Made by a program: the position numbers and the translations under genes. Source: the human T2T-CHM13v2.0 reference genome, Homo sapiens. Taken from it: a stretch of DNA of 64,000 bases. Shown here piece after piece: positions 53,541-64,000 of this stretch (positions within the stretch are counted from its first letter, which is position 1; each line of letters opens with the position of its first letter). Where the stretch lies: the NCBI RefSeq assembly GCF_009914755.1, contig NC_060936.1, one strand, 5' to 3'. The notes under the pieces are model-generated. The model saw nothing but the letters and a program-made list of their open reading frames with translations. It did not search any database and was not told where the DNA came from.

Positions 53541-54026
53541 TGATTGCCCCTTCAATGGTAGAAGTCAGTGTCTTAGGAGTGGCAGCAATAGTAGAGTTGG
53601 CAGTCATATTAATAGCATCTTTGTACCCCTGGTGCTTTGCTCACTGAAGCAACCCTGGCTCGGAAAACTGGCAGGTACAAGAGAGGCAGGCTGATAGGCT
53701 GCAGCCAAGATCTTGTCAGAAGCCCAACATGGCAACCTGGTTTTAGGTCATTCCATCAATCCAGAACCTGCTGGACACTTGTGCAAGGTGGGGAGCTTTG
53801 GTTGGAAGTAACAGAAACCACATGAGTGTTGATGCTGCAAACAATAGACCTCACCACCTTGCCACTAGTCTTGTCTCTGCATGGCTTTCTCTGAGTTCAG
53901 GTCCAGAGGAGGAAATCCATGCACCAAGGCTAGGTTTCCTCTGTGTGCCTGAGTTAGAGGAAGGCTGGACTAGAAAGTCTAATCCTCTTAGTAGTGAAGC
54001 CATGAAAAGTCACACAATGGCCTTAC

Positions 54027-55026
54027 CACTAGTCAAGGTACCTGACTATTGGACAACTCTTGCCCCCACACTGATGATGTTTCTTTGCTTCAAGACTACA
54101 AGCAATATTTTGTGGCTGGCATAGTCTTCATGCAACCAATAAAATCATTCCATATAGCATGGCTTTCCAGAGTGACATATGATCGGACCAAAATTAAGAC
54201 ATGTAAATGTGGCTATACAGGAAATCGTCTTCTGTCTTCTACATAGAGAAAGCCAATCTTACCTCCCAAAGGAAAGACTTCTTGCATACAAGACAATCCT
54301 ACCCATAAAAAGAGAGGTAAAATGTTTCCTAGCATCGGAAATGTTACTCAAAGGGGTTCTGCTCTGGGTGAATTGAATTAGAAGATTAAAAAAGGAATTT
54401 CTCTAGTTCTAAGATTCCTTATGTTAAAACATGTTTGGAACAAGAATCTATGGGGTACTATATTCCAAGCAATTTAAATTTTCAGAGAGACCATTTAGGC
54501 ATCTTGGCAAATTCATTTTTGCTCTGGTTTTAACTTCATTGACTGGATTAATCTGGTTTGAAGTTCACAGGACTGCTGGATATTTTTGTAAGGCGGGACC
54601 TTTGGTCACAAGTGACAAGAATCACCTTGAGCTAGCTGAATCAGAAGTGGGTATCTATTAAAAGAAACAGAGTTGTCTTGTGGAATGCAAGAGAAAAGCT
54701 GAAATTGGGTGTCAGAAACTAGGACCTGGAAAGACATCGGAGTCTGAGGGGTCCTCTTTTTCCTGGCTTCTTATGTCTTCTGCAACCTCGCTGGTCCACA
54801 GATTGGTTTTCTCTGTGGCAGACAGAAGATGGTTTCCTATAATAACTACATTTACACATCTTAATTTTGGCCAGATCATACTTCACTCTGCATCTATATG
54901 GAATGATTCTATTGGTTGCATGAAGACTATACGAACCACAAAATATTGCTTCTAGTTTTGAAGTAAGGAAAAAAATCTTCAGTATTGGAGCAAGAGTTGT
55001 CCAATATTTAGGTACCTTGACTAGTG
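54027..55026. repeat. Long inverted repeat: arms about 54027-54259 and 54800-55026, spacer about 540 bp
   Basis: For example, 'atagtcttcatgcaaccaataaaatcattccatatag' is nearly the reverse complement of 'ctatatggaatgattctattggttgcatgaagactat'. Confidence 0.93.
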
Positions 55027-55387
55027 CTTAGGACTTCTTAGGAACCACAGTTCCTATTTCAAAGCTTATCAAGGTTTGCACCAAATTATAGTCACTAATT
55101 GTTAAAACCGCATTTTCACAATAACAAAAGTGATGTTTTCTTATTTTCTACCAAATTGAAACTAACACCTCCATTATGTATCACATTTTAAATTATTTGA
55201 TATACAGTTCCAACCTGTGAAGGAAAGTGGAGGATTTTGAAATCTGTTTTCATATCTCTGCCAAAATGTTAGGTTTGTCTCCCGTGGGGAAGTCATGAGC
55301 ACGCTCTCTTAAAAATAGATGGCGTTTTGGTTTGGAAAAAACTTCAGGTTTGTTCTATAGTACATTCACTTAAATATCACACTTAAA

Positions 55388-55548
55388 TTTTTTTTTTTAA
55401 AACATAGGGATCTTACTTTGTCACCCAGGCTGGAGCGCAGTGATGTGATCATAGCTCATTGCAGCCTCAAACTCCTGGTCTCAAGTGATCCTCTCACCTT
55501 AGCCTCCCAAATAGCTGGGATTACTGGCATGAGCCCCCACATCCAGCT
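55388..55548 (-). mobile_element. Alu monomer (FRAM-like)
   Basis: Single ~160-bp antisense monomer with a T-tail. Confidence 0.85.
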
Positions 55549-55702
55549 TACATCTCACACTTTTAAAGGAAAAGCTTTAGGGATGGCCTTTAGGTTAAAG
55601 CTCCTTACAATGTGCCCTAGATGGCTTGCAATATTTCTATGCTGAATATTGAAAGGAGTCAAATGCTGGGTTGAAAAAAAATGCCACACAGGTTGAGGTT
55701 TT

Positions 55703-56006
55703 TGTGCGTGTGTGCGCATATGTGTGTGACTGTGTGTGTGTGCATGTGTGTATATGTGTGTGCACATGTGTGTATGTGCGTATATGTGTGTGCACATGTG
55801 TTCATGTGTATATGTGTATATGTGTGTGCACGTGTGTATGTGTGTGCCTGTATGTATATGTGCGTGCATGAGTCTATGTGTATATGCATGTGCACATGTG
55901 TGCCTGTGTGTACGTGTGTGCATAGGCGTGTGTGTGCATGTGTGTATATATGTATGCATGTGTGTGTATGTGTGTGCACGTGTGTGTGTGTGCATGTGTG
56001 TGTGTA
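55703..56006. repeat. Degenerate (TG)n/(TA)n/(CA)n alternating purine-pyrimidine tract
   Basis: Directly visible. Confidence 0.95.
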
Positions 56007-57744
56007 CTAGTGAGTCTTGATCCGCCCTAGGTGCCTAGCTTTGCTTTTCCTATATTATACTAGATGGAGCTCAGCGGCTTCTGATACTGGGAGGAAATGG
56101 TGAGCAGAAAGTGTATATGATTGCAGAGCAGTGATCCCAGTAAAGGGCACATATTTGTATGATGTTTTAGGAACAGTTACAAAGACCTTCAATTCAGAGT
56201 TTGATAAAATGAGGCAGAAAGGAGAGTATGATATGAAGTTTCAAGAGGAAAAAAAGGTGGAAAGGGGTAAGAAAAGGAAGGAGGAAAGAAGAGTAGGGTG
56301 TTGTCAGCATATTAAATTAATTAGAGGCAAATTAAGTAAGCTGACTGTGCAATAGTTCTGAGAGAGAAGGGTTGTGTTTCTAGTAGGCTCTTTGCACAGG
56401 TTCAGGTGCCAGAGAGAAGACAAAGCTGCCAATACTTTTCGCACCCGAATCCAGGAAAGTCAGGCCACTATCAGCATGCAACCCTCCCTGAAAGGCAGCC
56501 TCACGCCTCTTCTGGGGCCCTGGGTATTCTGGGGAGTCCTCAAGATAGGAAGGTGTGACAGTGCCATTGATGGGGTGGTTCTTGTTTAATCTGAAAGCAG
56601 AGCACCCTTTGATTTCTACCGTGATCCCTTATTTAGGTGCCAGGGTAGGAAAACCCTTTAGTTTTTCTCTTGTCCCTTGGTGCTCTCATGTTGAGGTCCC
56701 TGACTGTGCTCCTTGGAGACACTGGTGTGCCATATGTTAGTGTCAAAAGAGATGAACCTGCTCCTGGACAAGCTGATGGGCAGAAACCTGACTCTGTAGG
56801 TCCTGTAATTCAGATAAACATCTGAACTTTTGAATGCTTATTATATAGACCTTTACCATTGATTTCAGCATGGGGAGGCATAATCTATCGCTACATCTGA
56901 ATTTATAAAGCAGAGACCATTATCTTTCTGCTCCAGGTTTCAAATAATGGTTGTACAATGATTTTCATTCCTGCACTGCACTTGGAGAGAAAAACTTTTC
57001 AGCAGATTTTATTAAAAGGCTTTTAATCCATGAAAGCTTAACCAGCTCAAGTGGGTTTAAAGCACCGCTGCTACTTCACAGAGGATACACGAAGCCTAGT
57101 TGTCTAATAACCACCACTTGCTATAATAAAGATTTTGGATCAGAACTGATGAATTACAATGTTTCTTAAATCTGTTTCTGCCAATATCTCTAGACATTCA
57201 TAACCTCTTTTATTGCCTTCTCCTCCTTTGGGAGCTGAAGGGAGGGATGTTCTGTTACCTCTTAAGTCCCTACAGCACCTGAATTGAGTTCCATTTTTTC
57301 CTCCATATATAAAGATACTTTCAGCCTAATCCCACAGGAATTGTTTAGGGGTTTGTGGGAAACAAAACCTCATGGTTTTAAGCTCCATTGTTTGTTCAGA
57401 GAGGTCTGAGCTTTTACATAACACATTTTCTTATCCATGTTTCTCCAAAAAATAGTATTGAACAATTTTGCGCCCAGTTTTCTTTCCAGGAGGAACACTT
57501 ACCTCCCAGGCTCTTGGCCTTTACCAAAAGGGGCTCATACACAACTTCTCTGAAATGACAACACACTATTAGTGATAATAATGGGCACTTGACCTTGTTT
57601 GCAAATATTTTTAGATCTAATTCACACATCTAATAGAAAAATTACTATTACTTATTAATCATAAGCCAGGCATAGGGCTCAGCGCTGCCCTTGCATTCTC
57701 TCATTCAGTTGTGCCAACAATATTCAAGGGTGGGTGATGTTACT

Positions 57745-58250
57745 GTGGCAGAGACTGGCTGGCTGGTTTCCAAACATTGCCTTGCCTCTGGGGCTTTAGC
57801 TGAATGGCATTTTCCAGCATCCATCAGTTGTATTCTGGCTCATGGAATGGGATGTGCACGTTTGTAGCTCTCTCCATGTAGCCTCCTGCTCAGTCCTTCA
57901 CACACTCCCTTCCCTAGTCTCTTGGCCAGATGCAGAGGATCTGAGTAAAGGTCCTGAGGCCCTACATCCTTGCCTAGCTACAGGATGGCAAGGCTTGAGC
58001 AGGAGGAAGCCTGAGTCCCTGAATGACTGCATGAAGGCTCCCTAGGAAGATGAGCAGGGACATCGTCCGCCTGTGAGCCCAGCTGATTCATTGGCTCAGG
58101 CTGCCATAACAAAGTGCCACAGACCCTGGATCCCAGCTTTACAACCTCATTTAACCTTAACCACTTCTTTAAAGGCCCTGTCTCCAAAGTCAGTCCTGTT
58201 TGGGGTTAGGACTTCAACATTTGAACTTGAGGAGAAAACAGTTCACCATA
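57745..58250. mobile_element. Adjacent old MLT1 LTR fragments in opposite orientations
   Basis: 'aggaagcctgagtccctgaatgactgcatg' on +, and 'ggctgccataacaaagtgccacagac...gggttaggacttcaacat' on -. Confidence 0.55.
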
Positions 58251-58424
58251 ACAACCAGTGCAGTCCAGCCTTGGATAATGACTCTTCTGGATATTAACAG
58301 AGAATAGTCACACAGGAGAGAAATTGATTATCAAATTTACTGGAAATATATTAGGACTTGTCAATTTGTCATTGTCTTGTGTTCACTAAAACTGCTGAAT
58401 TCTATGTATTTGAGCATTTGAGAG

Positions 58425-58546
58425 AGATATAGATATACACACATATATATACACATATATACATACATACGTGTGTGCATATATATCTCTCTATATATCT
58501 ATATCTATATCTATATCTATATCTATATCTATATCTATATCTATCT
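58425..58546. repeat. (TA/CA)n followed by (TATATC)n microsatellite
   Basis: Directly visible. Confidence 0.92.
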
Positions 58547-58867
58547 GTATAGAATGCATAGAATTCAGCTCCCTGGAGTGGGTTCTCTTGAAGGGAGATG
58601 TGAGAAGAACATCTATGTGGTAACCCAACGTGTGACCATGTTTGTCCACAAACAGGAGGTGTTTGACCATGAAACAGCTTTATTTTATATTTTGATAGTT
58701 TTATAACAAACGAGTCATTTTCAAGGAGTCATGCCTCACTAATTTATAGATTCCAGATGCATTTAACACACACAGTCCTAGACAGTCCAGGTTTATCCTG
58801 CTAATAGGTAAGGCTTCTCCTGCTAGAAAATACCTTCACTGTGTTTGCTGGAAGGTCTCCCAATAAA

Positions 58868-59048
58868 GATGCCAGATTGAACAAATAAAACCATAAGATG
58901 CCTAATTAAATTTGAATTTCTATGTAGAATTATTTTAGTATAAGTATGCCCCATGCAGTAATGGGTACATACAGCTACTAAAAAAAGCACCGTAGTTTAT
59001 CTGAAAGTCAGATTTAACTGGATATTCTGTATTTCATCTGGCAACACT
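58868..59048. mobile_element. MER53 palindromic MITE
   Basis: Termini 'tgccagat...atctggca' and centre 'tagtataagtatgccccatgcagtaatgggtacatac' match MER53 as recalled. Confidence 0.85.
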
Positions 59049-59400
59049 ATCTTCTAATAACTAGTTTATTAGGACATGTGAGTGGGGTGGGGGGTGTTTT
59101 TTTTCTTCCTCCCAGTGGTAGACCTAGTAAAGGAAGAGGATGAATTGCAAGCTTGCAACTAACCTTTTGCTTCATAATGGATATTTGAGTTTGGAAAAGA
59201 TGCTTTCTCTTTACCCATTATCCATGCCTTTCTCACCCAGCCATTAATACGTATAGACTGGGCAGGCTTTATAACCAAAGAATGCTTAGGGAGAGTTTTG
59301 AGTGTGGGAAAGGGCTCTCTGGGCAGAAATAAAATAAGAAACTAGGCAAGAAGCCCAGGGAAGTGGCCAATCTGTGAGATAGCATTTTCTTGTCTTCCCT

Positions 59401-59779
<379 letters not shown>

Positions 59780-59800
59780 TAGCAAGTCTTTTTCTTTTTT

Positions 59801-60433
59801 TATTGGGGAAGAGCTGAGTGTTGGGAAAAAAGCTGAGGCAGGGTTTGTATATCTGACATAATGTAAAAGAGTCTTGGAACATGTCCAAGGTCCAGGGTCT
59901 AAAACCCCTCATGGCCTTTGGAACACCAAGCTCTGTGCCAAAGGGTGGAAGGCTGCCCTGCCGCACCACAATCTAAGCCCAGGGCATAAAACCCCTCATG
60001 GCTTGGATGGAATCTAGGGCTTAGGGCATAAAACTGCTTGTGGCCTCTGGAATGTGTCTAGACTTGCTGGCTCCTTGCTTCTAGCACTCCCAGGCTCATA
60101 GATCGATTGTATCTTAAACTAGAAGAACATGTTTCCCATTATCTCAAGTATCAGAACATGTTCCATATGCTTCAAAGAAAATGCCAAACCGTCACAGCTG
60201 TAGATCATGCTCTTGATACACTGCTTTTTTTCAACCCCCACATCCTCACCACCTTCTTCTTTGTTTGATCACCAATAAATAATGCAGGCTTGCAGAGCTC
60301 GGGGCCTTCACAGCCTCCATACTAGCGTTGGCCCCCTGGTCCCACTTTATGCACTCTTGTCTTGTCTCATTCCTTTAACTCTGCCAGACTTCGTAGCTCC
60401 CATGGCCTGATGTTGGGGCTGATCACCCCAACA
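59801..60433 (+). mobile_element. HERV-K-group solo LTR (LTR14B-like)
   Basis: Start 'tattggggaagagctgagtgttgggaaaaaagctgaggcaggg', internal 'cagggcataaaacccctc' repeats, AATAAA near 60273, end 'ccccaaca'. Confidence 0.75.
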
Positions 60434-60606
60434 GTTTTTCACTTTTTTTCTTGTTCCTCCTCTCTCTGTAATAAGCAAGGCCTAAAGTTCAGCACATTGC
60501 ATCGTGTGACATGAACAGAAAATGCATGCTGCATTTTGCAGCAAGACCCATGGCCATTCATCTGAAGAGTCTAAATCTGGAAGAAAGGCCAAATGCTGTT
60601 GGATGT

Positions 60607-60981
60607 TGTATTAGGCTGTTTTCACACTGCTGATAAAGACATACCTGAGACTGTGTAATTTGTAAAGAAAAAGAGGTTTAACAGACTCACAGTTCCATGT
60701 GGCTGGGGAGGCCTCACGATCATGGCAGAAGGTGAGGGAAGAACAAAGGCATGTCTTACATGGCACCAGGGAAAGAAAGAATGACAGCCAAGTGAAAAAG
60801 GGAAACCCCTTATACAATTATCAGATCTCATGAGACTTATTCACTATCACGAAAAAATTATGGGGGGAAACTGCCCCCATTGTTCAATTATTTCCCACGG
60901 GGTCCCTCACATGACACGTGAGAATTACGGGAGCTACAATTCAAGATGAGATTTCAGTGGGTACACAGCCAAACCATATCA
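60607..60981 (-). mobile_element. THE1B-like solo LTR
   Basis: 'tgtatt...ctgctgataaagacatacctgagact...cagccaaaccatatca'. 5-bp TSD gatgt at 60602-60606 and 60982-60986. Confidence 0.94.
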
Positions 60982-61423
60982 GATGTGGACTTAGTAGGTT
61001 AGGACTTAGTAGGTTACTTTTGGTGACACACAACATTATTATCAGTCTGTCCTAAACAACAGAGAGAATTTATTGGTTCACGTAAATGTAAAAGAACAGT
61101 AGCAGCGGGACTTCAGGCAAAGCTGCATCAGAGTTCTTATTTAATTTCTCCACAAAATTACAAGCTGAATTTCTCTTAACTTTATCCTTCTCATGTGGCC
61201 TTCAACCTCACAGCCACTGCAATTCTACTGCAGTAAATTTCCTAAGGTAACAACCCAAGTGTGTAAGATGTGGAGCCTAGATTTACACCCATGCCATCTA
61301 AATCCAGAACCTGCGCTCATGGCAGGTATGTTGCATCCAGGCTGGGTATGACTGTTTTCTACAGGCATGCCTCGTTTCATTGAACTTCTCTCGACTGTGC
61401 TTCATAGACACTGTGTTTTTTAA

Positions 61424-61834
<411 letters not shown>

Positions 61835-62129
61835 CAAGCGTTTTCTTCATTATTGTATCTGTTATGGTTATCTGTGATCAGCCATCTTTGATGTTACTAG
61901 TGTAATTATTTTGGGTTGCCATGAACCACGCCATATAAGATGACAAACTTAATTTGATACATGTGGTATGTGCCCTGACTGCTCTACCAACTAGCTGTTC
62001 ACCTATCTCTCTCCCTCTCCTAGGGCCTCTTTATCCCCTGAGACACATCAGTATTGAAATTAGGCCAATTAGTAACTCTGCAATGGCCTCTAAGTGTTCA
62101 AATGAAAGAAAGGGTCACACATCTCTCAC

Positions 62130-63700
62130 TTGAAATAAAATACAAGAAATAATTAAGCTTAGTGAGGAAGATGTGTTGAAGGTGGAGACAGGCTGAAAGC
62201 TAGTTAGGCCTTTTGTGCCGAACAGTTAACCAAGTTGTGATTTCAAAGGAAAAATTCCTCGTTTCATTGAACTTCTCTTTACTGTGCTTTATAGACACTG
62301 TGGTTTTTACAAATTGAAGGTTTGTGGAAACTCTATGTTGAGCAAGTTTATTGGTGCCATTTTTCCAACAAGTTGTGATTGCAAGGGAAACATTCTTTAA
62401 GGGAAATTAAAAGTGCTACTCCAGTGTACATATGAATGATAAGAAAGCAAAACAGCCTTAGTGCTGATATGGAGGAAGTTTAAGCAGTCTGGAAAGAAGA
62501 TCAAATGAGCCTCAATATTTCCTTAAGGCAAAGCCTAATTCAGAGCAAGGCCCTAACTCCCTTCAATTCTATGAAGGCTGAGATCGTCGAGAAAGCTACA
62601 GAAGAAAAGTTTGAAGCTAGAAGAGGTTGGTTCATGATGTATAAGGAAAGACCTTGTCTCTATAGCATAAAAGTGCAAGATGGGCTGGGCGTGGTGGTTC
62701 ACGTCTGTAATCCCAGCACTTTGGGAGGCCCAGGCGGGCAGATTACGAGGTCAGGAGTTCGAGACCAGCCTGGCCAATATAGTGAAACCCCATCTCTACT
62801 AAAAATACAAAAAAATTAGCTGGGCATGGTAGTGAGCACCTGTAATCCCAGCTACTCAGGAGGCTGAGGCAGGAGAATCACTTGAACCCAGGAGGCAGAG
62901 GTTGCCGTGAGCTGAGATCATGCCATTGCACTCCAGCCAGGGCAACAGTGCAAAACTCCATCTAAAAAAAAAAGTGCAAGGTGAAACAGCAAGTGCTGAT
63001 GGAGAAGCTGCAGCAAGTTACACAGAAGATCTAGCTAACATCATCGATGAGGCTGACTACACTAGACAACAGATTTTCAATGTAGAGGAAACAGCCTTCT
63101 GCTGGAAGAAGATGTCATCTAGGACATTCACAGCAGGAGGGGAGAAGTCAATGCCTGGCTTCCAAACAGGGGACAGGCTAACTATCTTGTCAAGGGCTAA
63201 TGCAGCTGGTGGATTTAAGTTGGAGCCAATGCTCAGTTATCATTTGGAAAATCCTAGGGCCCTTAAGAATTGTGCTAACTCTTCTCTGCCTGTGCTCTAT
63301 AAATGAAACAAGAAGCCCAGATGACTGCACACCTGTATACAGTATGGTTTGCAGAATATTTTAAGCCCACTGTTGAGACCTACCTGTCAGAAAAAAATAT
63401 TCCTTTCAAAGCATTGTTGCTCCTTGACAATGCACCTGGTCATCCAAGAGCTCTGATGGAGATGTACAAGGAGATTAATACTGTTTCATGCCTGCTAACA
63501 CAACGTCCATTCTGTAGCCTATGGTTCAAGGAGTAATTTTGACTGTCATGTCTTATAATTTAAGAAATACATTTCAAAATGTTAGCTGCCGTACATAGTG
63601 ATTCCTCTGATGGATTTGGGCAAAGTAAATCGAACATGTTTGGGAACGAATGCACCATTTTAGATGTCATTAAGAACATTGGTGATTCATAGGTGAGGTC
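62130..63700 (+). pseudogene. Tigger1 transposase relic (boundaries approximate)
   Basis: Stops, frameshifts and an Alu insertion. The catalytic motifs are altered (FNVDET to FNVEET; QPMDQG to *PMVQG). Confidence 0.8.
62683..62969 (+). mobile_element. AluS (Sg-like) inside the Tigger1 transposase
   Basis: Dimer with TSD aaaagtgcaag on both sides. Confidence 0.96.
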
Positions 63701-64000
63701 AAAGTGTCAACATTAACAGGAGTTCCAACACTTATGGCTGACTTTGAGAAGTTCAAGACTTCAGCAGAGGAAGGCACTGCGGATGTGGAGATGGCAAAAG
63801 AATTAGAATTAGAAGTAGAGCCTGAAGATGTGACTGAATTGCTGCCATCTTATGATCAAACTAAAATGGATAAAGAGTTGTTGCTTATGGATGAGCCATG
63901 AAAGTGGTTGATTGAGAATATAATCTACTCGTGGAGAAAATGCTGTGAACATTGTTGACATGACAGCAAAGGATTTATAATATTTTATAAATTCAGCTGA

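Noticed and set aside
55555-56020. His/Thr and Cys/Val-rich ORFs
   Set aside because: They are translations of the dinucleotide repeat.
62505-63901. Active or domesticated transposase (TIGD1-like gene)
   Set aside because: It is fragmented by stops, frameshifts and an Alu, and two catalytic aspartates are substituted.

Overview
Primate (human-like) non-coding genomic DNA, either intergenic or deep intronic. I could not assign it to a locus. I found no supportable protein-coding gene, rRNA, tRNA or CRISPR array, and the long ORFs are artefacts of simple repeats or transposons. Much of the window is transposon-derived: old L1M and younger L1PA pieces, about 17 Alu-family elements (FAM/FRAM monomers, AluJ, AluS, AluY, several with target-site duplications, TSDs), L2, MIR, many MaLR solo LTRs (THE1, MST, MLT1), a decayed ERV-L pol/dUTPase remnant, an LTR14B-like HERV-K solo LTR, MER53 and a dead Tigger1. 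Subfamily names come from remembered consensus sequences and need a RepeatMasker/Dfam check. I cannot demonstrate a new biological system. The best leads are: (1) a non-Alu inverted repeat with ~230-bp arms at 54.0-55.0 kb; (2) a 32-bp minisatellite born inside an L2 and carrying 10 PRDM9 13-mer motifs; (3) a small CpG-rich element at 18.3-18.6 kb with CTCF, SP1, E-box, IRF and MEF2/TATA motifs; (4) a 21-bp VNTR that repeats an ARE-like motif every two helical turns; (5) a 345-nt pure-purine tract; (6) several template-switch footprints.
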